Below, in pieces: positions 1 through 12,250 of a DNA stretch of 64,000 bases. How positions within the stretch are numbered: the stretch's first letter is position 1; every line of letters begins with the position of its first letter. The position numbers were made by a program, and so were the translations under genes. Location of the stretch: assembly GCF_006345805.1 (NCBI RefSeq), contig NC_043005.1, positions 107,260,001 to 107,324,000 of the forward strand. Reading direction: 5' to 3'. The notes beneath the pieces were generated by a model. The model was not told where the DNA came from and made no database searches. It was given only the letters and a program-made list of their open reading frames with translations. Source of the DNA: Octopus sinensis (Eukaryota).

Positions 1-1086
1 CGGTATATGTGTGTGTGTGTGCGCGCGCGTGTTTGTGAGTATGTATATGTGTGCGTATACTTGAGCATATGTGTGAATGTGTTATTGATTATCCTTGTGC
101 CAAAACTGATCAAGCATTCTCTCAGAATTGCTGGCCTTGTCCCAAAATGATATGTCAACAGGAACACGAAGCATAGTTTAACCATGTAAATATGCCTATA
201 GTCAATAGATGTGCTTCCAAGATTTTAAGTATAAATTGTATCCTATATAATACGTTAGACTGAAACGTTCTAACTTTGGATTATTATATGTTACAAATAT
301 AAGAACAGATCCACGATTATCTTAATCAATACCGATCCCACAACCTTTTTGCCATACATTTTCATGCAACTCAGTGAGAACAAAGATTTTCAATGTCATA
401 TTGGCTGACACATTACTTATGCCCTACTCTTTGTGCTCTAACACATTTTTCTGATGATAGAAAATATACATAATACTGCTATGTCAGCAAATAGATTTGA
501 TATATGTTACACATTTTATATAACTGAAGGAAGAGAAGAAAAAATTTTAATGTTCAAAATTGGAAAATAACGCCTTGAATCACAGAAAAGAACGAATGTA
601 ATTTTATCTTATTCTAAGACAGCATTTAGTAATAGCTTGAGACAATAAAAAATAAAAAACATCAGAAGAATAATCTTGCTTGGTGAGCAACATAAGTACG
701 ACACGGTTCCATCAGCGTTGTGTACTCAGTCAATCCAGCCCACCACACCTCCTTTCACTTAATAAGAAATAAGTAAACCTCACGAAGTAACAAAACCAAC
801 AAAAATAACTAAACAACAATATTACCTGCTTGGGCCATACGATAAACGCAACCTCAATACGCAGGTCAGCCATGTATTAAATCAGTTAAAAGCTTTAGCC
901 AATTACCAAGTTTACATAAAACGTTGCTTTCAACTCTCATACTCTCCCGCTCCATCTCTTTATACACCAATAGCTATGTTTTTGTCAGCCACCCCTACCT
1001 GCACACACATGTATTGATAGAGAGATAGATATATAAACTGAGAGAAACATAGGGAGAGAGAGAAAAAGAGAAAAATAAAGAGATAC

Positions 1087-1088
<2 letters not shown>

Positions 1089-1122
<34 letters not shown>
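1089..1122. repeat. (GA)n microsatellite
   Basis: Direct reading of the dinucleotide run. Confidence 0.95.
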
Positions 1123-1125
<3 letters not shown>

Positions 1126-1624
1126 CTAGAGGGTTGGAAGAAGAGAGATGGGGGAAGTGATGGGCGAACTTCTAAATTTCCCCGACTCACGTCACAGTCC
1201 TCACAGCAGGATTTGTTCAAACTAAAATATTTACACCAAAAAAGAAAAGTAAATTATGTCACATAAAAAAATCTCACATCAAAACACATAAAAAATAAAC
1301 AGACGCGTAAACAGAAACATACATTCCCACCTTGAACCACGCACATATAAACACAATTTTCATTCACAACACTCGCTCTTCTCATCATAAATTTAGTTAA
1401 GTCTAAAAGGTTTGCTTAGTTAAGTCTAAAAGCTTTCAAAACTAGTTTAATACGGCCTCCATTTACAATTTCCATTCTCTTGGAGAGAATTGTATTCCGA
1501 ACTGTCTTTGAAAAAAATCAAACCAGGTTGAATTTACTTACGTAGATTTAGAATGTTTGCTGTTTCTATGTACACTTAGAAAGGATGCTACTACTATGTA
1601 TACACAGAAAGTAAAGGATGTTTC

Positions 1625-1658
1625 ACACACACAGACACACACACAGACACACAGACAC

Positions 1659-1741
<83 letters not shown>
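1625..1741. repeat. (CA)n microsatellite
   Basis: Direct reading; source of the HT/CV-repeat ORFs at 1538-2045. Confidence 0.95.
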
Positions 1742-1743
<2 letters not shown>

Positions 1744-2339
1744 CATCATTTCATTTCTGTATTTGCTTTGCAAGAATGTTACTGTGTAAATCTTGTCTTC
1801 TTGTTTTAAAACAGATGTGTCATGAAAGGGTGATTTCCCGAATAAGAAACACTCGCACTGGTTCTATTTTAGTTTTATGTATCATTATTCGTGAACTAAT
1901 TACCGTATGGATCGTTTATCTGATCGTCTGGTTGAACGATCGTTCTATTAAGCAATTAATGAACGGGTTTGTCAAAAGTATTGTCTTCGCTATTCGCGAC
2001 TGCATCAATGGCATATCTTATTTTTCCGTGTTTCGAATGAGATAGACTTGAGGTAACGAGAGCATGTTATTAATAAGGTCAGGCATGGTAACGTAAATGT
2101 TTCTAATTTTGACAACACTGTTGTTTGAGAAAGCGAATGATAGATCAAACATTCGGTTAGTTAATTTGCTTATTATATATTTGAGTGGCAAAATAGCCCT
2201 GTTATTCCTATGCAGATATCGAAAGATGTTTTATGTAAGTATAGAGAAGAGGAGGCCGTTTTTCTGTTGAATGCTTGTCATGAACCGAGACAACCATTGG
2301 AAGAGGATACTGACCTATATTCAAAGATCATCACTCGTA

Positions 2340-2860
2340 GCAAAAGCTGGCGTTACCGCTTCAACCTGGAAACGAATCAGTAATTAAGTCAATCGAAGCA
2401 TTTAATATTACCACGCCCTCAAAAAGCTCATCAAGTGAGGTCCAAGGTCAAGACGGCGCTGATTTGTTTCACTTATGCAAAAAGAATTGCCCACTCAGAA
2501 TTTGTTCCTCCTGGTCAAACTGTTAACCAGACATTTTAATGGGCAGTTCTGAAGCATTTCCGAGACGCGGTGAGATGGAAACACCCCGACCTGTGGCAAA
2601 GTAGAGATTGGTGGTTTCATGCGCCTGCATACACCGTCATGAGTGTGAGGCAGTCGTTGACTAGCAACGGTATGACTCCGCTTAGCCACCCTCCTGTTCA
2701 CCCAGTCTGGATCCCTGCGATAATTTTTGTTTCCCCTAATCCCAAAATGTCCTTAAAGAAAAATGTTTCGTAGATGTGGAAGAGGTAAAAACAGGTTGAA
2801 GGCATTAAAAAGCATTTGTTAGCAAGAATTCTTGGACTGTTTCGAACAGAACAAAGAATA
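2340..2860 (+). pseudogene. Tc1/mariner transposase remnant, catalytic half
   Basis: Frameshifted translation gives PRPQKAHQVRSKVKTALICF, SEFVPPGQTVNQTF, RWKHPDLWQSRDWWFH and a decayed HPPYSPDLAP-like HPPVHP..IPA, then F.DVEEVK. All are mariner hallmarks. Confidence 0.85.
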
Positions 2861-2913
2861 TTACAAAATTCCATATTTTCTGGGTACCCATCTCGTATGC
2901 ATTTATGGTAAAT

Positions 2914-2965
<52 letters not shown>

Positions 2966-2966
<1 letters not shown>

Positions 2967-3252
2967 CTCGTGAGAGTGTGAGTTCGATTCCCGGACCAGG
3001 CTGCGTGTTGAGTTCTTGAGCAAGACACTTTATTTCACGTTGCCCCAGTTCACTCTGTTGTAGAAATGAGTTGCGACATCACTGGGGCCAAGCTGTATCG
3101 GCCCCTTTACCTTTCCCTTGGATAACGTCAGTGGTGTGGCTGGTATGCATGGGTGACTGCTGGCCTTCCACAGACAACCTTGCCCGGACTTGTACCTTGG
3201 AGGGTAACTTTCTAGTTGCAATCCCATGGTCATTCATGACCGAAGGGGGTCT
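2966..3252 (+). mobile_element. tRNA-derived SINE family A, 5'-truncated
   Basis: B-box-like GTTCGATTCC; body GCCAAGCTGTATC...GCAATCCCATGGTC...GAAGGGGGTCT shared with 9730, 11951 and 62315. Confidence 0.85.
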
Positions 3253-3263
3253 CCTAGTCCTCC

Positions 3264-3323
<60 letters not shown>

Positions 3324-3324
<1 letters not shown>

Positions 3325-6300
3325 TAGCTGAGGGCTTATTCCTAGGTTCCTTTCCCATAATTGATTCGTTAATCCAATAACAACAATACAAAGTAAGTAG
3401 CCCTTAAAACGGTTTTACAGAGAATACCGAACTGTCTTACATGAGATCTTGTTTTTAGGAATTCTCAGTAAGTTATGAACACCCAAATTGTGAAGTCAGT
3501 TACATAATATCATGAAATTAGTTACCCGAGGGCATGAATTGAAATAAAGTAGTCCCGCAAAGGGCTTTAATGCGTTCCCAGAGTATACAGAACTTAGGAG
3601 GAAATATCAATAGTGTATGCATACTAAAATCATGAAGCATGTTACGTAATAACAGGCTAATCAGCTATGAAATAATAACAATTATAAGTAAATAATTCTG
3701 AAAAGGGATTTTGTGCGTTCCCAGAGAATATACCCTCAGGGGCGCTAGTGTTGAAATAGATTTACAATAAATGTAGAAACAGACTGATGTTTAGTTTTAC
3801 AGTAGACATACAAATAAATTTGCTTATAAATTTAAGAATAAAATAACATGTAGATTATCAATACATTTACAGCACTTGCAAATATTACAGTTAAATAACA
3901 AGTACCTGATGATTTGGTGAATCTTATTAAGCTTGCAGAGCTTCTTGATAAACAAAATTTTGGTCTTTCCTTGTGGGGCATAAATGCACAAATGATAAGG
4001 ATTGCCTACTCTTGAATATCCCACATAAAGTTGGCCATGGGATAAAACTGGTTCCGCAAGGTTCAGACTTACCATGTTCAAGGACTGCCCCTGAGCCTTG
4101 TTAATGTTCATTGCAAAGCGCTCACTGTCAACGGGAACTTGCAGGTACTTGTACGGGAAAAGCATATCCAAGGGAATAAGTGGCATTCTAGGAATGAACA
4201 GGCTCACTGCTTGCTTTACCAGTCAAATTGTCGTCTCCGAAACTGTTGGCCTAATCTTCTTTATTATAAGGCGTGTACCATTTCAAAGCTTTGGTGAATC
4301 GATGTTACCAAGCAGTAAACTGGTGCCCAATCTTGAGGTGGGAGGCCAGGTATTGTTAAACAAATCCAAGAATTCACAGCTTCATCGATGTCAAGTCCAG
4401 CGTCAATGGAACTGAAGATATGACGCTCACCTGGCAACTGTTGCAGAATCTTAAATTTCAAATCATCAACTACTAAATTCTTTGGGGCTAAAATGACATG
4501 GCTTTTCAGCCAGTTGTGGTCTGTAAACTGATTTTCTCAGGTTAGGGAACACTTTATTCATTAGTTTCTTTAAATCAGATACCACATGTCCAAAAGGCAA
4601 GCTTACCCGGCCATCCTTCTCGCCAACCGAAGTGTCATTACCGACTTCCAACAGTTGCTTTGAAAAGGTTCTATATCATCACCACTGAGCTGGCACTCTG
4701 ATGTTGCTTTTGCACACTGCTCCATAGGTAGGGCGACTTTATACTGACATTTAACTTCATCAGCTCTTGTCCCCTTTGGAATCATTGGAAAGGTTTTTGT
4801 CTAAAGTCTCCTGCAAACAAGACTGTAGCACCTCCCATGAGCCTGGTGTTGTGTCACAGATTCTGAAAGGCCATGTCAAGAGCGTCAAAGGAAACCTTAT
4901 GGCTCGTTGTCGCTTCATACCAGACGATCAACCTGCATTCACCCAGAAGTTTGGCTTTTATAGAACTACGACTGATGTTGCAGTTCGCTTTCTCTTTCTT
5001 GAACAGGTCGAAAGGGAGTTTGAAACAGGAAAGAGCTGTGCGGCCACCACTTATCAGAGATGCATCTATTCTACTGGACGCCACTGCTATGGCAATGTGT
5101 TTCATTTGGCGCAGTTTAGCCAGAAGAAGGTTGATAACAAATGTTTTGCCAGTTCCACCTGGAGCGTCCAGAAAGAAAGTACCCCCTCCTTCATTTTCAA
5201 TGCTCGAAATACTGTCGCTATAAGCACCCAGTTGGTCCTTCATCAGCTTGTGTTCTTTATCAGATATGTAGGCTGTAATGTACTCGATGCCATAGCTGAT
5301 TTCTCGCAAGTCCTCAATTGCGAGATTGTTTGCTGCCTGCTCCGGTTGAGGCAGACCAAATGTAGAATTACTTTGACCTACCGTAGCTTGCCCTCGGGTG
5401 TCCAGGTCAAGTAATGCCTCGTTGTAAATGGCGTTATTGAACGCGGCAATTTCCGCTGAGGTTTGCCTTTGGATCCTTTGTAGGATGTCCTCTGCCATGC
5501 TGGCTTTGTGTGTCGCTCAGCGCGTGGGAGGTTCACGCAAGCCACATGTCATCAACATGATAGTAAATAGCTGGCACAGTTGACTTAGTGCTGTACTGAC
5601 TGATACCCCTTCCAATATCTGGTCCCAGTGAGCATCATCCTCCGGAAGTCCATGTTTCGCGCAGGCTTCTCTGTAGGTCATGAAGACTTCCACATTATGT
5701 CTTCGAAAGTCTGTGAACGATGTAAGACCTCTGACACTGTGCCGCAGTAGATGCAGAAAGAAACATTCCTCCTGATCAGGGTGCACAGTGTGCACCCGCC
5801 CGATGGCCCCACTTCTGAAGATATCGTCTTCCCAGCCCTCAACGCATGCTCCTTGCTTGCGTCTGTTCCATCTATTGCCTGCCCAGGAATAGTATATGTG
5901 AACCTCTACATACAATAGTGTTCGGGCAAACAGATCACATTGGCATAATTTGAAGAAAGCTGTCAAAGTGGTTTTTGGTGGATTCAGAACTACGTTTCGA
6001 GTATTGTCTTCTGTGAAAATGTACACGCTGGCCATTTTCAAGATGTAGAGATAGATTTCAAGAGGGTTTTCCTAGATGTAAACAGGGTGTAACCTTTGTG
6101 ATGACTGCATTTCTCTAAAATCAGAGCAGTTCTTCATGCAGCGCTTGTCAATTAGCTGATGTGGCATGAAAGGAATCGTCAATCATGGTATATTCGTGAA
6201 TAGGACACAAACCGAAATAATCGGATCAATTCTTTAGGAAAAACTATTTAATTGTTTAAGGGTTCTCCTGGATAAATTGCGAAAAAAACTAACGGTTCAA

Positions 6301-6347
6301 ATACGAAGACATAAACATACACAACTTGATTTATATCAAATAATAGA
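3324..6347 (-). mobile_element. Helitron, internally deleted (HUH Rep domain missing)
   Basis: Helicase remnant inside. The minus strand begins TCTATTATTTGATATAAA at 6347 and ends ...CAGCTAG at 3324, matching Helitron TC...CTRR termini. The termini are inferred. Confidence 0.7.
3824..6075 (-). pseudogene. Helitron RepHel C-terminal half, Pif1-type SF1B helicase, frameshifted
   Basis: HLENGQRV, TTLTAFFKLCQ, Walker A FFLDAPGGTGKT, AVASS..ASL..GGRTA, FAMNINKAQGQSL, HGQLYVGYSRV spread over ORFs 5517-6041, 4854-5498, 4603-4785, 4466-4651, 4264-4461 and 3824-4207. Confidence 0.95.
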
Positions 6348-6815
6348 GGACAATGAAAGGGCTATTTCCCTTGGCTGTTAAAATAAAATATATTAGTTAT
6401 ATATAAGGATCCCTTGCAGGAGCACTAGCCATCAAATTATGGATTTTTATTAAACTTCAATGAGCTAAGTAACAAATTGGATTATACTTTGGCATGTTTG
6501 CAAAGCTTCACAGAAAATTATTAACCGGTTTAGACAGCAATTTGACACAAACAAACAAACATATAACTTGCTTTTATATATGTATAATATAATATAATAT
6601 CTTTAGCAATATTAAATCTATCTATGAGAAAGAAGCTGCACAGATTCGTGAAGTATATTTACCACCTACATGTGGTGATCCCATAGGGGTACGATGCTAT
6701 TGTTGTTTATAGCCCTAGGAAAACATCTCTTCCAGCTGGTAAATGATACACTGTATGTGTCTGATTAGTATTTGTGAAGGGAAAACATCGTTCCAATTTC
6801 TAGCCTTACCTGATA

Positions 6816-6860
6816 CACACAGATCCAGATTTCTGGGTTGTAACCCATCACCAGCTAGTG
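6816..6860 (-). ncRNA. Degenerate type I hammerhead ribozyme
   Basis: CTGGTGA (A6G), stem II TGGGT/ACCCA, GAAA, stem III AT-CTGG-AT, ATC triplet, then TGTGTG; homologous to 7226-7270. Confidence 0.55.
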
Positions 6861-7225
6861 ATGAGAACTCATTACAAACGCAAAATACTATAAACATTTT
6901 CCAGTGACAAACTGTCGCTGATCTTGAAAAAGTAGAAACAAGCAATATTAAATCTTTGAGCAAACACAAATCAGACACAGACAAAGTGTCATTAGCCAGC
7001 CGGAGGCGATGTCCACCTGGGGCTATTAACAACAGTAGCATCGTCCCCTATGGGACCGCCACATTTAAGTGGCAAATATACTTCACGTTTCCGTGCTGCT
7101 CATGTATACATCTCGCTCAGAGATTAAATATTGCTTGTTTCTCCTTTTTCGAGATCAGCAACAGTTGGTCACTAGATAAAGCATATAGCGTTTGGAATGA
7201 GTTCTCACCGCTAGGTGGGGTTTAT

Positions 7226-7270
7226 CACACACTGATGACGGATTACTATCCCAAAACCCGGGTCTGTGTG
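7226..7270 (+). ncRNA. Type I hammerhead ribozyme, G12A variant
   Basis: Stem I CACACA/TGTGTG, CTGATGA at 7232-7238, stem II GGAT-TACT-ATCC, AAAA instead of GAAA, stem III AC-CCGG-GT, GTC triplet. Confidence 0.7.
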
Positions 7271-7443
7271 TATCACGTAAGGTCAGAGATGAGAACGATG
7301 TTTTTTTCCCTTTCGCAAAAACTAATCAGACTCAGACAATGTGTCGTTGGCCAGTTGGAGGAGATTTCTTCCTGGGGCTATAGATAACACCAGCATCGTA
7401 CCATGTGGGACCGTCACATTTAGGTGGCAAATATACTTCACGA

Positions 7444-7475
<32 letters not shown>

Positions 7476-7492
7476 CATATATATATATATAT

Positions 7493-7872
7493 GAGTGGCT
7501 GTGTGGTAAGTAGCTTGTTTACCAAACACATGGTTCCGGGTTAAAACCCACTGAGTGGCACCTTGGACAAGTGTCTTCTACTATAGCATCGGGCCGACCA
7601 AAGCTGTGTGAGTGGATTTGGTAGGCGGAAACTGAAAGAAGCCCGTCGTATATATGTATATATATATATATGCGTGTATGCTTGTTTTTCCCCCTAGCAT
7701 TGCTTGACAACCGATGCTGGTGTGTTTATGTCCCCGTCACTTAGCGGTTCGGCAAAAGAGACCGATAGAATAAGTACTGAGCTTACAAAGAGTAAGTCCC
7801 GGGGTCGAGTTGCTCGATTAAAGGCGGTGCTCCAGCATGGCCACTGTCAAAATGACTGAAACAAGTAAAAGA
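7493..7872 (+). mobile_element. tRNA-derived SINE family B, full length
   Basis: Head GGCTGTGTGGTAAGTAGCTTG, internal TA/TG microsatellite, tail CAGTCAAATGACTGAAACAAGTAAAAGA; multiple copies in the window. Confidence 0.9.
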
Positions 7873-8608
7873 AAAAAGAAATATATATATATATATGTAT
7901 ACACACACACACACACACAAATATATATCTATATATATACTTAATCACATCAAAGGGAAATGGAAATTAATTAAAATTTCCATTTCCAGTGGCCTAACAT
8001 GTAAAGATTTAGTCCAACGACTATGTATCAGCCATAAACACACAACATACTTTAAAGTAGATATTTATTGTGAAGCTACCCAAATCGGGTACAATGCATT
8101 GAGTTTGACCCTTCTTGTTAGTGTCAGTGCCTTTTCTCACCTTATATGAAGAGTAAAATCATTTATTTGCTCATTGTAACACTCGCACGCACGCGATCTA
8201 TATCGCTGCAATCTTTGGAATCTAGAAATATGTCATTTATTTTTACTTCTTTGTTCCAAAAAGTAAAGAAACTATATTTAAAAATGGAAGCGTCTTATCG
8301 AAAATTCTGGGAAAAATGAGAAAATCTGTTGGATCAAAAGAGATTAATGCATTCAATTTTCTTTCCGACATTATTTTTATAACCAGCAACAACCAAAACA
8401 CTGACAAACCATCTTTAAAAAATGATGCCTCCTCACATTTATACAGACATATTATTATGTCTATATTCGTCTTTGTGTCCATCTATATATGCAAGATATA
8501 CGAACGCATACAAAAAAAAAAAGAAATAGAAATAGAAGGGAAACAGAGAAAAGCAAAGAAATGTGTATAACTGTTTATATATACACACATATATATATAT
8601 GTGTGTGT

Positions 8609-8670
<62 letters not shown>

Positions 8671-9320
8671 TATGTGTGTGTGTGTAAGTATGTATGTATG
8701 TAAACATGTATGTGTATTCGTAAGTATATACATATATATATATAAGCATACACACACATACAAACATACACATATATATCTGTATTTAGGTATGCATATA
8801 TATATTAACACATTCAACAGATGCTCACACAGTCGCCAATAAAAACATACATACAAACACAAATACAAACACAGACGCAAGAAGAATACTAGTCTCACAC
8901 ATATACTCAACGTATATATCGAATAAAAATCCGAGTGTCAGATGATAGATTAAAATTGCATCGATCCATTCCCTTGGGTAAAATGAACTTAGTAATACTT
9001 TATTGATCATCTCTGCATGTGTTTCTAGCCGAGACCTAATCAATACTGGAACATTTATCTAAACTTATGTTGAAGTCTATTGCTATTTTGCTAAGGCCGC
9101 AACTCAATTACTAAAATGTTTAGTTGGCATATTTTTAACTTTCGTTAGCACCATAGAGGACAAGGGTTTGGGTTGGGAAAAGTATGAGTACGGTTTTGGT
9201 TTCGTGTCCGTAGCGCATATGAGATTATCTACGCGTACTTGTGTGTGCTGTGAGTGTTTGTGTGCATGTGTGTGTGTGAGAGAGAGAGAGAGAGTCTGTG
9301 TGTATGCCTATATGTGCATA

Positions 9321-9367
<47 letters not shown>

Positions 9368-9400
9368 TATAGGCAAATTAATAAAATAAATACGTACAAT

Positions 9401-9552
9401 ATTAGATATGTACATATATACACGAGGATACTACATGAGTACCTATATCTCTAATGATAAGAAATCAAAAATACTATAGTATGTTTTTACTTCTATAATT
9501 AGCGATATAGGTACTCATGTAGTACCCTTGTGTATATATGTACATATCTAAT
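9401..9552. repeat. 152-bp near-perfect palindrome (fold-back)
   Basis: 55-bp arms 9401-9455 and 9498-9552 differ at 3 positions. The central 12-mer ATACTATAGTAT (9471-9482) is self-complementary on the same axis. Confidence 0.9.
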
Positions 9553-9569
9553 GTTCTATGTATATATTA

Positions 9570-9613
<44 letters not shown>

Positions 9614-9729
9614 TATATACGTATGTTTTTCACATTGTTTCTATCATTTGAGTGCAATCATGCTTCGGTTTTAGTCGTACAAATCGATCCTAGGAATTTT
9701 TTAAAAAGCTTCATACTTATTCTATTGAA

Positions 9730-10061
9730 GGCGTATGGCTCAGTGGTTAGAGCGTCGAGCTTACGATCGTGAGGTTGTGAGCTCGAATCCCGGAACGGGC
9801 TGCGTGTTGTGCTCTTGAGCAAGGCACTTTATTTCACGTTGCTCCAGTTCACTCAGCTCTAGAAATGAGTTGCGACGTCACTGGTGCCAAGCTGTATCGA
9901 CCTTTGTCTTTCCCTTGGATAACACTGGTGGCGTGGAGAGGGGAGGCTGGTATGCATGGGCGACTGCTGGTCTTCCATAAACAACTTCGCTCGGACTTGT
10001 GTCTAAGAGGGTAACTTTCTAGGTGCAATCCCATGGTCTATGTCGTGACCAAAGGGGGTCT
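9730..10061 (+). mobile_element. tRNA-derived SINE family A, full length
   Basis: A box TGGCTCAGTGG, B-box-like GCTCGAATCCC, family A body and tail. Confidence 0.9.
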
Positions 10062-10220
10062 CCATACTTATTCTATTGGTCTAATTTGCCGAATCACTAG
10101 ACTCTGAAGGAGTAAATACACAAACACCAGTTGTTAAGCGGTGGTGGGAGATAACGACACACACAAAGACACTTATTACATACATGTATACGTATGCATA
10201 TACATATTTGTGCGGGTGTT

Positions 10221-10252
<32 letters not shown>

Positions 10253-11159
10253 GCACAGATGCACACATGCATATATATATCAACAAAACCTCATTTTGTG
10301 TCACTTCCTCCTTGTTTATTTAGACGTAGACAAAGAAGAATATATAAAGCGAAAACGTGTATCGTAATTGAACAGATATAAAAAGATAACTTTTAGAAGA
10401 CTCAGTTATATTGATTACTTGTTTAAATCCGTAGACACAGTGTGTCTCTGCTTATATTTTATTCACTTTATTTCATGTTCTCGATAGTCCAGGAAGTTTT
10501 TATTACAATAATTTCGACCGTTAATATCGAGGGTCCATATGGCGTATTCATGTCATAAGTGGGACAGAAGAGGAATTCCCTAACTTGTATTGCCATAAGT
10601 TGTGAAATTTACTGAAGTCGTCTGCAAAATCTTCTGTCTTAAGCATTGCCGACACACACTATCACCTTTAGGTTTCCTTATTTACTACTTTGAATAACCT
10701 GTAGTCTCTCCCAAGTTATTGTATATAATTCTTCCACAATATTCTTTTTGAGAATAAATTTAATACTTTTGATTCCAAACAATTACACTCCTATTGAATT
10801 TATACTATGTCTGATTCTCGTTAACTTTCCTCAGAAAAGCTATAACAATGTGTAACCAGATATCTAACCCTATCATATAAGTATTCTGTGAACAAATCCT
10901 TTATTAGATATATGACAATAACCAATTTTCTGAAATATCAATGAAACAATCATGCAAATAGTTCTGTGTGTGTCAATGCCAGGTATTTTATAGGATATAT
11001 TCGACAAAATTTCTCATTATCTCTCATTGCCACGATGCGTATGAAGAATTCTGAAATTAGAACGTACGCTACATTCACACAAACAAATTAGGTTTCTCTT
11101 CTGGGCCCCACATATTTCAACTATGCTTAAATCCAGATATGACCTGCATTTCCTTCACA

Positions 11160-11400
11160 GCTCATGCGAGTTCTTTTGGACATTTCCAAATCAATTGGGC
11201 CGTTTTCCCGGTTTCTGTGGCACATATAATCCCCAATGGACAGGCTGCCAATCTATCGCAGAGATATTTATCATTGCCAGCAGAGTAAGCTGGAGCAACG
11301 TGAAAAGAAGTGTTTTGTTCAAGAACACAACACATCGCCCAATCCAAGAACCGAAGCCACAATCTTACGTCCACAAGTCCGACACCTTAACATCTCACCC
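11160..11400 (-). mobile_element. Diverged tRNA-derived SINE
   Basis: Minus strand GTGTTGTGTTCTTGAACAAAACACTT...CACGTTGCTCCAG resembles the family A post-head core. Confidence 0.6.
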
Positions 11401-11877
11401 ACGTGCTTTACAAACAACGTGTGGAAAACAATTTCTTATTTATCTGGCAATCACCAGTTACAACAGAAGCGTGGATCACATGAATCAGGTTATCAATAAC
11501 ACAATTGTATCCTTCATCTAAATTGTATAACACATCCGTCAAAAATGATTTCATTCATTCAGCTCCCGTAGCTATATCACACAAACTTTTGCTTCTTTCA
11601 ATGCCAGCGATGATTTTTACTGTAGCTACCATACAAATCTTCTGGCTAAACTGCCCGCATAAACTATCTCCATATATCCACTTTCAATTGCTTCCAGCTA
11701 GATCATATCATGTGGACGTACGGCGAGAAATCTGTGAACCGCACACTCTTACTTTTTAAAGCAACATACCATCATGCCATCACATAAAAAAGCCCATCTC
11801 TATGAAGATAATCACACTAATCTCCGTAAACCTTGACACATATAAATATGTATGCACGCATATATATATATATATAT

Positions 11878-11947
<70 letters not shown>

Positions 11948-11950
11948 ATA

Positions 11951-12250
11951 TGGCTCACTATTTAGAGCATCGGGATCACAGTCATGAGGTAGTGAGTTCG
12001 ATCTCCATACGGGGCTGTGTGTTGTGTTCTTGAGCAAGACACTTTATTTCATATTGCTCCAGTTCCCTTAGCTGTAGAGATGAGCTGCGACGTCACAGGT
12101 GCCAAGCTGTATCAGCCTTTCCTGTTTTTTGGGGATTACACCGGTGGCGTGGCGAGGGGAGACTGGTTTGAATGGGCGACTTCTGGTCCTTCCATAAATG
12201 ACCTTGCCTCGGAGGGAAACTTTCTAGGTGCAATTCCCTGGTCATTCATG
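11951..12250 (+). mobile_element. tRNA-derived SINE family A
   Basis: Similar to 9730-10061. Confidence 0.85.

Larger units (their letters stand above)
6606..7442. mobile_element. Non-coding tandem unit of about 336-355 bp with one hammerhead per monomer (retrozyme / non-autonomous PLE-like)
   Basis: A minus-strand monomer (6606-6955) carries the terminal repeat GCAATATTAAATCT at 6606 and 6942. It is followed head-to-head by plus-strand direct repeats 6969-7087 and 7324-7442 (period 355). An HHR fold occurs in each orientation. Confidence 0.75.

Noticed and set aside
9730-9802. tRNA-like sequence (also 62005-62080)
   Set aside because: Continues into a multi-copy SINE body, lacks a proper acceptor stem and Pol III terminator; treated as a SINE head, not a tRNA gene.
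10760-10900. LLIP...CNQISNPII*VFC, resembling GPCR TM6-TM7 (NPxxY)
   Set aside because: Stop at the Tyr position, several upstream stops and no other TM motifs; probably chance or antisense of a decayed element.
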